Below are positions 8,476 through 17,549 of a DNA stretch of 64,000 bases, piece by piece; position 1 is the first letter of the stretch, and each line of letters begins with the position of its first letter. The stretch comes from Betaproteobacteria bacterium. Lineage in GTDB: Bacteria > Pseudomonadota > Gammaproteobacteria > Burkholderiales > Eutrophovitaceae. The notes under the pieces are model-generated. The model did no database searches. It was given only the letters and a program-made list of their open reading frames with translations, and was not told where the DNA came from. A program made the translations under genes and the position numbers. The stretch spans positions 2,950,302 to 3,014,301 of the forward strand of contig CP070775.1 in NCBI GenBank assembly GCA_020346185.1, read 5' to 3'.

Positions 8476-10257
8476 TTATCCGGCCGCCGGTGGTTCGTGT
8501 TCCCGGTGGAAGCGATGGATTGTCCACTGGAAGGTTTCCAGCAATGATCGCTCCGCCAGATTTGCGGTAATTTCGGCTCTTGCCCCGTCGTCGATTTCGT
8601 TGGCGAGTCGTGCCGCGGCCGAGCGAAAGAACGCCCGCTGGTTCGAGTACTGCCAAAGGAGTTCCCGGGTTGCCATTTTGTTCTGGTATATCTCCCAGAT
8701 CGCCAGCCACAGCGGTAGAAGTCCCATAGCGAACACCAGCAAGGTCTTTCCGTCGAGGCCAGCCACCTCGAAACTGGTGATGCTCTTGTAGAAAAAAAGA
8801 AGTGCCAGTGCGCCAAGAAACGCAGCGACGAACAACAAGAGCTTTACCTTCTCGAGTCGCTCATGCTGGGAATGAAGCTGATGGAGCTTGCGTTCGAAAT
8901 ATCCCGATTGTTCGGAGATCCAGCGGTCACGCGCAGCGTTCAGTCGCGTTCGCTCCGGGACATCACTTTCGTAGTAGAGCGGTTCCGAACACCGGATCGC
9001 ATCGCGCAACCATTCGAAACCACCGAAATGGTCAACACTTGTCGAACCGAGTATCCGATTGAAACTGATCCGGTCACCCACGCCCGACAGCGTCACGAAA
9101 AATCTCGTGCGCATTGTTTCCGCCAATGCCCGATACGCAAGGTGGCGCCCGAACCAGCCTTTCTTTAGGCTGAGCATAAAAATCAGAAACCCGAGTGCGA
9201 ACACTAGGACGTAACCCGCGAGGAAAATCTTCAGGGCGGCGAGTTTCGCGTAGACAAGGAACAACAGTCCCATCGTCCCGGCCATGATGCCAGATGCCTT
9301 GAACAGGCGGTCAGATTGTTTCTGGTTAGCGATTGCAACCTGGTCGGCGCGCGTATATTCCCGGTCGATCGCCGGGCACAATGGCGCGACTTCTGCGTCC
9401 CCATCAGCAGACAGCGGATAGGTCGGAACGTCCGCACCGAGACCTGAAAACCGCTCAATGGCGTAGCGATCCAGGCCCGCCCATCGTTCCAGTACAGGTA
9501 CCGGCATCTCGCTGCGCTTTACGATCAGCCCACGAGCGCCACCGGATAAGAGAAAGCTTGTATCGATAGCATCTACTTTTCCCGCTGGGCTGAGGCGCGG
9601 ACACCTTATCCAGACGACGACATTGCCGTTTTCGTCACCAAGATCATCATCTTCATGCACGCTTACGTTGCTCATATCGGGCCTGGCCTCTGTTGATCCG
9701 GCCAGGTAACTGATGACGACATCGGATGAGCCTCCTTGCAGCCCGTTTGCTTCGCCATCCCACAACGCAACCAGTACATTGGAGCGTCTTACCAGGTAAT
9801 TCATCAGTCGCGCGTAGAGCGCGTCGCGAGCGCTACCGTCGCGTACTTGATCTGCATCACTTCCATCGGGAAGCCGGATTTCTTCAAGCTGTATGCGAGG
9901 GTCGTTGGCGAGTGCGCGAAATCTTTCAAGCGCTTCACCAGAGAAATCCGCTTCGTAAATCCGACGCGGCATGGGCAATACCGCCCGGACCGCCAGACCG
10001 AGTTCGAGGGCTACTTCGGTAGCGACTGTGTCGGCACCTTCCGCAAGGCCGCTCACGATCTCGATTGGCATTGCCGTGACACTTTTCTGCAGCCGTCCAA
10101 GTTCAGATTTCAGACGGGCTCGGATTTCCGGCAAATGCCTCGGGTCACAATCACGGTGACCAGTCACCCCAATCGAAAAGACGAAGCAACCGCCCCTTTT
10201 CTGGCTATCTCCCTGGACGGGCGTTACTCTGCCCGATTCACCGCTCGTCGCGTTCAC
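8476..10257 (-). CDS. SLOG-like (YpsA/DprA-LOG-like Rossmannoid) domain fused to two SLATT-like 2TM membrane modules
   Basis: 593 aa, GTG start. N-terminal FSIGVTGHRD...VSGLAEGADTVATEVALELG...VLVALWDGEANGLQGGSSDVV matches the GxTGHR / G-A-x-G-A-D / W-D-G...GG pattern of SLOG-type domains. Four hydrophobic helices lie at aa 323-340, 343-364, 472-490 and 505-523. Each pair is preceded and followed by amphipathic helices (WISEQSGYFERKL...; WEIYQNKMATRELLWQYSNQRAFF), as in SLATT modules. Confidence 0.7.
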   Translation of the reverse strand: MNATSGESGRVTPVQGDSQKRGGCFVFSIGVTGHRDCDPRHLPEIRARLKSELGRLQKSVTAMPIEIVSGLAEGADTVATEVALELGLAVRAVLPMPRRIYEADFSGEALERFRALANDPRIQLEEIRLPDGSDADQVRDGSARDALYARLMNYLVRRSNVLVALWDGEANGLQGGSSDVVISYLAGSTEARPDMSNVSVHEDDDLGDENGNVVVWIRCPRLSPAGKVDAIDTSFLLSGGARGLIVKRSEMPVPVLERWAGLDRYAIERFSGLGADVPTYPLSADGDAEVAPLCPAIDREYTRADQVAIANQKQSDRLFKASGIMAGTMGLLFLVYAKLAALKIFLAGYVLVFALGFLIFMLSLKKGWFGRHLAYRALAETMRTRFFVTLSGVGDRISFNRILGSTSVDHFGGFEWLRDAIRCSEPLYYESDVPERTRLNAARDRWISEQSGYFERKLHQLHSQHERLEKVKLLLFVAAFLGALALLFFYKSITSFEVAGLDGKTLLVFAMGLLPLWLAIWEIYQNKMATRELLWQYSNQRAFFRSAAARLANEIDDGARAEITANLAERSLLETFQWTIHRFHREHEPPAAG

Positions 10258-10685
10258 ATGTCTTTTCCAGCTTGTTGCATACCTTGCGGCGCACTAATTG
10301 CGATCACATCGCCGAGTTAGACCGCCAAAACGGGTGCGAACCCAGCGATTGCCTCAGCGCTGATTATCCACACTTTCTCGGCCTTTGCGACTGCAGCAAT
10401 CAGCGCCAACAGAGACTTCGAATGTCCTGATGTCGGCACAGCCCGCGACTGGCGCCTTAAACATGCGGACTCGCCACGCTACTGCCATTTTCTCCTACGT
10501 TACATAAGAGCAGCACGGACTAGACCCAGAACATCAACAGCGCCGGCGATACCAGCGCCGTCGATCATTCTCGGTTCCACTTCACCACTACCCACCAGAA
10601 AGGCAAAGCACGGCAAGTGCCCCTTAGCGGTTCGAATGCGTCGCCAAATACTTATAGCCGCTGACGGCAGACAGCCGTAGACGGG

Positions 10686-11333
10686 CTAGGTCATCTTCGA
10701 AACAACTTCGTCGGTCGTGACCACCGATTCAGCCATGAAACGGAAGTTAGTCATCGCCGCCTGATAACCATCACCAAGCTCTGGATGTTGCGCTGCCGCA
10801 GTGGCATCCGCCACCACGGTCACCTCAAATCCATCCTCGAGGAGTTGGCGCATATGCGCTTCGACACAGAGATTTGCGGACATACCGGCCAGAATCACCT
10901 TGCTTTTGCCGCGCTTGCGAAGCTGCAAAGCAAGATCGTTCGTCTCGGGCCCATACACTTTGTGCGGGCTGACAACGACAGTCTTGCCGTCATTAATGTA
11001 AGGCTTCAGGCTATCAAGCCAATCGGCCCCGGAACCCTCAAAACCCTCAGTCGTAAGGGCGCCTTTGCGATCGAACATATTAATTTCGTGCATCATTTTC
11101 TCCACCGTCCCACCGAACTTCCAGCCATGGTCGGTCGGATAGTAGTAGTGCGGTGAAATGAACACGTCATACCCCTTACTTTGAGCGCTCTTAAGCAGCG
11201 CCTCGATGTGCTCGACGGTGCCATTGGCTTCAACGCTCTTGCCGACCAACCCCCACGTCACGCCCTTGGGGCTGAGAAAGTCGTTTTGAGGATCGATGAC
11301 AACAACCGCAGTGTCCTTTGAATTCACGTCCAT
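10686..11333 (-). CDS. Isochorismatase-family cysteine hydrolase
   Basis: 215 aa. TAVVVIDPQNDFLSPKG, KSKVILAGMSANLCVEAHMR (catalytic Cys context). AGGAG SD upstream. Confidence 0.85.
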   Translation of the reverse strand: MDVNSKDTAVVVIDPQNDFLSPKGVTWGLVGKSVEANGTVEHIEALLKSAQSKGYDVFISPHYYYPTDHGWKFGGTVEKMMHEINMFDRKGALTTEGFEGSGADWLDSLKPYINDGKTVVVSPHKVYGPETNDLALQLRKRGKSKVILAGMSANLCVEAHMRQLLEDGFEVTVVADATAAAQHPELGDGYQAAMTNFRFMAESVVTTDEVVSKMT

Positions 11334-11891
11334 TTCGTTCTCCTGTTAGGTCATCACTTCTAGTGCATTGCTTGTTAAGCAGCGATGGTGTCTTTAGAAA
11401 AGTTTACGTTCTGAGATCAAATTCGGATTCTGCTTGGTGCACCAATCTAGTAGAAGAACTGCCGCCGGATTCGTGCCGCTGGGTTTCGCGCGCCACAGCC
11501 CGACACAGTTTGACATAGTACCCGCATACCCAATAATTCGATCAGACGAGTACTGATTTTCATTTCCACACCGCCAGACTTGAGAGTCAAGGCCAAGGCA
11601 TCCGCATCCGGGAGACCTCATTTTTCAGGGCATGATTGCTAGTCACGCGATGACCATCGGGAAATACTCGCACTTTGATCTGCCCACGGACAAACCATAT
11701 GATAATAATGAGGATTTGTGTGTTGACTCAAAGCAGGCCGCCGAGACATCCCGCCACGGGTCGCCACAAAACCGGGTAAGCCGGCGCCGAAACCATTGTT
11801 CCGAGCACCAGATTTACGAGGTCACCGTGTGTAACTAACATGACACACCTCCTCGGCCATTGTGGACCTTTTCTGGTGTGTCCGCAAAATC

Positions 11892-12130
11892 AGGGTAAAA
11901 CCTGAATGGTTACAGTCGCTTGATCTCGAGCATTACGCCCGGGCCTTCGCCGACAACGATCTTGATCCGGAGTTCGCGGCCAGTGTTTCTGATGAAGACT
12001 TGAAGAGTTCGCTGTATCCTCAATGCACCAGCGCGAGAAACTGCCCACGGCAGTATCGCTATCGGGCCAACAAGCCGCTCCCCCACCTACGGGTGCTACA
12101 CAACGTGTGACATTTGAGTTCTTTCAGAAG
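11892..12130 (+). pseudogene. Fragment of a SAM (sterile-alpha-motif)-domain protein, probably the N-terminus of a SAM-adenylate-cyclase/ATPase-type gene; frameshifted and truncated
   Basis: EWLQSLDLEHYARAFADNDLDPEFAASVSDEDLKS resembles bacterial SAM-domain N-termini. The continuation (MHQREKLPTAVSLSG...) is only readable in another frame, and no downstream catalytic domain exists. Confidence 0.4.
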
Positions 12131-12200
12131 TGCAGGTCGTTTGCTCATCAGACTGGGCATGCCCGATACCCGAAGCCGCTTCGTGCGGTCGTCAATAACC

Positions 12201-12928
12201 TTATTGTTGTTGCACCAGCACACCCAAAACCGTTTCGATGGTGCGCACAACCTCTTCGGATTTCTGTGGATCAAGCACATCAGGATGCGGTGACGCAAAC
12301 TCACGTTTGTCGTCGTCGAGATACTGGCTGGAGGCAGCCGCGAATTCATCTGCCAGAGCTGCGCGCGTGAGGATCTCTGCGCCGACTCGTATATCACCAC
12401 CGGCCACGCCGAAGCCTGTTTTCACGATTTTGCTGCCAAGCAGTGACCCGAGGGTTCATCGCGATGATGGGCCAGCCCCTCATCGCGTGACAGCGCCAGT
12501 TTGCTTTGCGCATGGGCGTCCATATCGTCCAGCTTGACCCGCCCGGATACTCCAAGCAGCGGCAAAAGCCGCTTTGTCAGCAGATAAGGGGCGATCTTAT
12601 TGACCGCGAACCGGACATCAAATCTGTCGTCGGTGACGGAATTGGGCGTTTTGAAGATGCCTGCATTGTTGATCAGTACATCAAGTATTGCGTACTTTTC
12701 GGCTACCGCGTTCGCAAGTGCCGCGACATCGGCAAAGCGCGACAGATCGGCCACGTAGCTTTCAACGCGCCCCTCACCTTGCTAGCGCAGAGAGCGCTGT
12801 TTTCCATGCCTCCAGTTTTGCCGAGTTGGACCGTGCAGCAGCACATTGTGTCCCTGCGAGACCAGTATCGTCGCCGTTTCCAAACCGATGCCGTCGGTCG
12901 AATCGGTAACAAAAATGGTTTTCTGCAT
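12201..12928 (-). pseudogene. Short-chain dehydrogenase/reductase, disrupted (premature stop, frameshifts, internal deletion)
   Basis: Manual translation from ATG 12928: MQKTIFVTDSTDGIGLETATILVSQGHNVLLHG... then a stop. Other frames continue with ADLSRFADVAALANAVAEKYAILDVLINNAGIF...RFAVNKIAPYLLTKRLLPLLGVSGRV and a C-terminal piece KTGFGVAGGDIRVGAEILTRAALADEFAAASSQYLDDD...DPQKSEEVVRTIETVL. The pieces sit in three frames, and the catalytic YxxxK region appears to be missing. Confidence 0.75.
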
Positions 12929-12960
12929 AATTTTTGTCCGCTCCAATATCGAGAGCGAAC

Positions 12961-13983
12961 TCAGAAACGCTCGACGACAATTTTCCCTTTGGCTTTACCC
13001 GTTTCAACCAGCCGATGCGCCTCGCGCAGATTGGCTGCATTGATTGGCGAGAAAACCTGACTGACAGTCGTGCGCATGCGGCCGGCGTCGATCTCATCGG
13101 CTACCCAGGTCAACAACTTGTGCTGTTCGATCATGTCGGGTGTCTGATACATTGACCTGGCAAACATGAACTCCCAGTGGAGACTGGCTGCTTTCAGTTT
13201 CATTTGATCCATCGGCATCGGCAGATGGGTGTCATCAATCGAGACGATCCCGCTTTGCGGCCGAATGAGTTCTACCGCGGTTTGCCAATGGCGCATGTCG
13301 TTGAAAATCGCGATGTGATCGACATGTGCGAAGCCAAGTTCGTGCACTTGCTTGACCATATCTTTGCGGTGGTTGACGACATAGTTGGCACCAAGCTCTT
13401 TTACCCATGCCGCGGTCTCAGGCCGTGACGAGGTGGCGATTATGACCAGCCCGGCGTGCTTTGCCAGTTGGATGCCGATCGAGCCAACGCCGCCACCGGC
13501 ACCGATGATTAATATCGATTGGCCTTTGTCCGTTCCATCCCGATCGATGCCGAGACGGTCAAAGAATGCCTCGTAGGCTGTGATCGTGGTGAGCGGCAAC
13601 GCAGCAGCTTCGGCATGGCTCAGGGATTTTGGCTTGTGGCCGACAATACGTTCGTCGATGACCTGAAATTCCGAATTACAGCCAGGGCGTGTGATATCGC
13701 CCGCGTACCAGACTTCATCGCCCGGCTTGAAAAGCGTAACTTCATCACCGACAGCCTCGACGCGGCCGCTTGCGTCCCAGCCGATTACGCGTGGCGGTTC
13801 CTCAATGGCTCCCTTGTCTTTTCCCCTGCCGCGACGAACTTTCGTATCGACCGGATTGACGGCGATTGCTTTCACAGCAACCAGAATGTCGTGGCCAGTG
13901 GGCTCCGGCTTGGGCAATTCGACATCGAGAAACGAATTCGGCTCCTCAATCGGTAGATATTCCTTAATTGCAACTGCTTTCAT
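12961..13983 (-). CDS. Zinc-type alcohol dehydrogenase / quinone oxidoreductase family (MDR superfamily)
   Basis: 340 aa. MKAVAIKEY...GHDILVAVKAIAVNPVDTKVR, Rossmann motif ILIIGAGGGVGSIGIQLAK. Confidence 0.9.
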   Translation of the reverse strand: MKAVAIKEYLPIEEPNSFLDVELPKPEPTGHDILVAVKAIAVNPVDTKVRRGRGKDKGAIEEPPRVIGWDASGRVEAVGDEVTLFKPGDEVWYAGDITRPGCNSEFQVIDERIVGHKPKSLSHAEAAALPLTTITAYEAFFDRLGIDRDGTDKGQSILIIGAGGGVGSIGIQLAKHAGLVIIATSSRPETAAWVKELGANYVVNHRKDMVKQVHELGFAHVDHIAIFNDMRHWQTAVELIRPQSGIVSIDDTHLPMPMDQMKLKAASLHWEFMFARSMYQTPDMIEQHKLLTWVADEIDAGRMRTTVSQVFSPINAANLREAHRLVETGKAKGKIVVERF

Positions 13984-14160
13984 TAGAGATCTCTTTTAGT
14001 TAGTCAACGATTCGTGCAGCTTACGTCATTTTGTCGAGACTGAATTTTTCGACGGCGCCATCAGTCGCTGCCGTGGATTGGTACAGGGGTGGTTCCGCTC
14101 GGCCCGGCATCGATAATCTGTACCACGACCGCTTCGTCCTTGGTACCGTCGTAATTTACT

Positions 14161-14538
14161 TCACCCGATGGTATGTGCGGCGACGCCACCCGCCTTGATC
14201 GGCGTCGTGAGGTCGGGATCAAAACTATCGCCGGTGCCGCTCCACCAGGTACCGCTGATGACTGTCACGTGGCGTGCGTCCGGATGCCAGTGGAGCCGGC
14301 TCATGGTGTGCGGCGCGAATTTGGCGCGGACAACGTAGACACCTTTTTTCTTTGGATCGCCGTAGAGCATGACGAACTTCACTCTCGGCAGCCCGGGATA
14401 GTCTTTCCAATCGATTTCTTCGGTCTGGATGACACTCATGGCGTTGGGATCGATCTTCGGTTCCGCGATGGTTGCGTCCCAACTGCCAAGCAATACGCAC
14501 GTGCCTGCTATAAGCGAACCCCATGTCTTGATCTTCAT
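14161..14538 (-). CDS. Exported cupin-domain protein; C-terminus probably lost to a frameshift
   Basis: Signal-like MKIKTWGSLIAGTCVLLGSWDATIA. Cupin core YVVRAKFAPHTMSRLHWHPDARHVTVISGTWW. Immediately after the stop at 14161, another frame continues in cupin style (GEVNYDGTKDEAVVVQIIDAGPSGTTPV) down to 14061. Confidence 0.65.
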   Translation of the reverse strand: MKIKTWGSLIAGTCVLLGSWDATIAEPKIDPNAMSVIQTEEIDWKDYPGLPRVKFVMLYGDPKKKGVYVVRAKFAPHTMSRLHWHPDARHVTVISGTWWSGTGDSFDPDLTTPIKAGGVAAHTIG

Positions 14539-14681
14539 TGTCCTATTAATCCTCAACACGTTTGATTTGCCATCGCATCACCTCTGAGCGTGGCAAATGG
14601 TGCACCATATTGACAAAGAAAAAAAGTGACAGCACGCTCAATCAGGTGCGGTAGGTACAAAAAGTATCCCATAGAGGTTTC

Positions 14682-15010
14682 ATGAGGTTCGATCGCTATG
14701 ATTGTTTGCGCGGTTGCCCGATTGGAGCTGCGATTGAGTTGATCGGTGCAGAGTGGAAGAGTGTTGCGCTCTATCATTTGCTCGGCGCTAACAATTAGGT
14801 ATAAAGAGCTAAGGGGGGAGCTAGAGAATGTCATTCAACGAATGCTTGCGAAACAACTCAGGGAGTTGGAAAGCGACGGCTTTATTGTTCGCGAGGTTTT
14901 CCCAGTTGTCCCGCCTCTGTCGAATACAGCCTGACCGGTAAGGGCGGGGCACTAGAGCCGTTCCTGTTGCTTATTTGCGATTGGAGTGAGAGTTGTGTTC
15001 GAAAACTCGA
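14682..15010 (+). pseudogene. HxlR-family transcriptional regulator with two frameshifts
   Basis: Frame 1: MRFDRYDCLRGCPIGAAIELIGAEWKSVALYHLLGANN*. Frame 2: IRYKELRGELENVIQRMLAKQLRELESDGFIVREVFPVVPP. Frame 3: VEYSLTGKGGALEPFLLLICDWSE. Together these rebuild a complete HxlR winged-helix domain. Confidence 0.8.
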
Positions 15011-15275
15011 TGTCGAAACGTTTCTTCGTCGTCGATGTTTATTTGAAGCAGGGGGCGGAATCGCCACGGTCCAGTGCCCGGATTCATCCTTATCCGGCGC
15101 ATTAATCATGTCAAAGGCTTGCAGCGATGCAGGCCTTTTTCGTTTCGGCGGTTACTTCCTGATTGCTGCCGTGTGGCTGAATACTTCCAGTCGGTATCGA
15201 AGAAGATGAAAGTCGCTTGGTGTCTCGGCCAAGCCACACCCTTCAAGCATTTCCTTTACAGGCCGACAGTGGTTA

Positions 15276-16055
15276 TCAGGCGCCAATTCCTTTGGATTCC
15301 AAGAACTCATCGGGAACATCCGCTACTTTCCTGCCGGCAATCGCGAAGTAGAACAGCGGCTTTCCGTCGATGGACAGACGGTGCCGGTAGCGTTCAATGT
15401 GGTACACGTCAAGATACTTCGAGAAGATCAGTTCCCGGATCATCTTCGAGAATCCAGATTCGTCGTTGTGATCAAAAAATGTTTCCTTGATATTGAATGC
15501 GACCCACGCTTCGCTCTTGATGATGTTGAAGGCTGCCAGAAACGCTTTTCCCGGTATATCGCCGAAGCCGAGTGCTGCAACTGTGACCATGCAGTCGCAC
15601 TGCCATGAAGCGATTTCGTCAGTTTTCTCATCATTGAGGTTGCTGAAGTCCTCGATGTAATAGGCATCGTATGTTCCGGGCCGGTCGCGAATAACGGCCT
15701 CATACGCCTCTGGAATGATGTCGACGCCGATCAGACGCGAAACGCCCCGCTTCTTGAGTTCTTCCCCCATCATGCCGTTGCCGGCACCCAGGTCGAGAAC
15801 ACGCAGTTCGCTGAAATTGTCGCGGGACTGGTTTACCGCCGAGTCGAGTATGGAGGCGACTTTACTTGGGGAAACGCACTTAAGGCGGTCGTAGAACACT
15901 TGCTCATACAGGCCGGGAACCTGATAGATCTCATCGTAATCGTGAAACCGGATCTTGCGTTGGCCGTGTGATTGTTGAAGATAGAAAAAGGCTTCATCTT
16001 GTCCGAGGTGTGTCGATTCGGCTTGGGGAAACTGTATACGGTGTCTTTTCTGCAT
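15276..16055 (-). CDS. Class I SAM-dependent methyltransferase
   Basis: 259 aa. Motif I VLDLGAGNGMMGEEL, followed by LIGVDI (motif II). Confidence 0.85.
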   Translation of the reverse strand: MQKRHRIQFPQAESTHLGQDEAFFYLQQSHGQRKIRFHDYDEIYQVPGLYEQVFYDRLKCVSPSKVASILDSAVNQSRDNFSELRVLDLGAGNGMMGEELKKRGVSRLIGVDIIPEAYEAVIRDRPGTYDAYYIEDFSNLNDEKTDEIASWQCDCMVTVAALGFGDIPGKAFLAAFNIIKSEAWVAFNIKETFFDHNDESGFSKMIRELIFSKYLDVYHIERYRHRLSIDGKPLFYFAIAGRKVADVPDEFLESKGIGA

Positions 16056-16491
16056 CAGTAGCGTTTGCTTTAGGTTATTTGCTGAACAACATGACGTCAG
16101 CGTCGAATCGTGCGATCGACAAGATCAGAGTCCGGCGCTGTGACGGGTGCGCAAGCCGCCTCGAACAGAACCTCTTGGCTTGGTTTTTCTACTTCTTCCC
16201 TATGGGCGATTTCTATAGGGCGTTTGCCGAGGGTTCACCTGGATCGAGCAAATAAGGTTCTGTATGAGCGATCTGCAAAGCTTATTAAGTCGTAAGGATA
16301 ACCTTTTTGGTCTGTTCTTGTTTAGACAGGCGCGCTGGACTGGTGCACGTGGCGGTCGCGGGATTGTCGCGGCAGGGGTGTGTGTTTCCTGGTGGGGCGC
16401 GGCCACCGCTTGATTAGTCAAGGCAATCTCCTTGACATCTTAAGGTTATCCGTGATGTATTGCTGATATGTTACGTGGAGGACTTTAATTG

Positions 16492-17265
16492 ATGATGAAC
16501 GAACGACAGAAAGCGTATCGTCAGGTGTACCGAAGCCGGCTGTCCAATTGGTACAACGGCCCCATACATGTACTCGTCATCTACACCATCGGGCTGACTG
16601 CTTTGTGGCTCTACGCGCAGCATCTTGGTGATGTGCAGTGGTGGGAATGGTTGTCCGTGCCGATTTTCTGGCTCGCCTGCAATATTTTTGAATGGTATTT
16701 GCATCTCTACGTGATGCATCGGCCGCAGAAATCGAAAGCGTTGCGAGCCATATATAACCGTCACACCTTGCAACATCATCAGTTCTTCACCGATAAGGAG
16801 ATGCGTTTTCGTGACCACAAGGACTGGAGGGTTACCTTCTTTCCACCTTACGCGTTGGTGGTGTTTACGCTGATATCGATCCCGGGGGCGGCTCTGTTCT
16901 ATTTCCTCGTGAGCCCGAATGTCGGCTGGCTGTTTATTTCGACGACGACGAGCATTTACTTGGTATATGAATTCATGCATTTTTGCTGTCATGTCGAGGA
17001 AAACTGGTTCGTCCGCAACGTGCCATTTGTCAACACGATCAGGCGCCATCACACCGCTCACCATAATTCACGGCTGATGATGGAAAAGAACATGAACTTG
17101 ACTTTTCCGGTGGCGGACTGGTTGTTCGGCACCTCGGATCTGGATCGTGGCCTGCTGGGCCATCTCTTCAACGGATACAGCGACACGTACCTCAAGAGCA
17201 ATTTGCGTGGACGGCCGATCAGGCCGGATGTGGCCGCTTCTGAACCGCTTGGTTCAGAAGCGTAA
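16492..17265 (+). CDS. Fatty acid hydroxylase / sterol desaturase superfamily membrane protein
   Basis: His boxes HLYVMH, HTLQHH, HFCCH and RRHHTAHH, with several hydrophobic helices. GGAGGA lies 8 nt before ATG 16492 (the track starts at TTG 16489). Confidence 0.8.
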   Translation: MMNERQKAYRQVYRSRLSNWYNGPIHVLVIYTIGLTALWLYAQHLGDVQWWEWLSVPIFWLACNIFEWYLHLYVMHRPQKSKALRAIYNRHTLQHHQFFTDKEMRFRDHKDWRVTFFPPYALVVFTLISIPGAALFYFLVSPNVGWLFISTTTSIYLVYEFMHFCCHVEENWFVRNVPFVNTIRRHHTAHHNSRLMMEKNMNLTFPVADWLFGTSDLDRGLLGHLFNGYSDTYLKSNLRGRPIRPDVAASEPLGSEA

Positions 17266-17294
17266 GCAAGATTCGACTGTACAGGTAACGAGCA

Positions 17295-17477
17295 ATGCCT
17301 ACACACATCAAGATTATCGTGTCGATCCTTACCCTGCTGGCAGGGGCAGCTTTCTATTATTTCGAAGGGCGATACGGCCAGGCCCACGTAGCGACGGTTG
17401 GTGCGGCCCTGAGTATTTTCATGGTGGTGGCAATGTGGATATTTCCGGAAGCAGGTGATCGGGCCAAGAGGAAATAA
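17295..17477 (+). CDS. Small two-helix membrane protein (hypothetical)
   Basis: 60 aa with two hydrophobic stretches (IIVSILTLLAGAAFYYF, VGAALSIFMVVAMWIF). Follows the hydroxylase gene by 29 nt. No family recognised. Confidence 0.35.
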   Translation: MPTHIKIIVSILTLLAGAAFYYFEGRYGQAHVATVGAALSIFMVVAMWIFPEAGDRAKRK

Positions 17478-17549
17478 GCCATGTCGCGGATGATTTTTCC
17501 GGATTAATCCCGGGATTTTTTGCTCGAAAGGCAAGGGATCTGGCTACAG

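Noticed and set aside
8472-8816. N-terminal 115-aa extension of track ORF 6957-8816 (MAHWHFFFSTRASPVSRW...).
   Set aside because: It overlaps the 3' end of the SLOG-SLATT gene in another frame and is Trp/Arg/Ser-rich junk. ATG 8471, 4 nt after the upstream stop, gives a clean DHp start.
10500-10570. Minus-strand mini-ORF MIDGAGIAGAVDVLGLVRAALM*, resembling an FAD/NAD dinucleotide-binding N-terminus.
   Set aside because: It is only 22 codons and nothing continues in any frame. At best it is a relic, and it cannot be supported as a gene.
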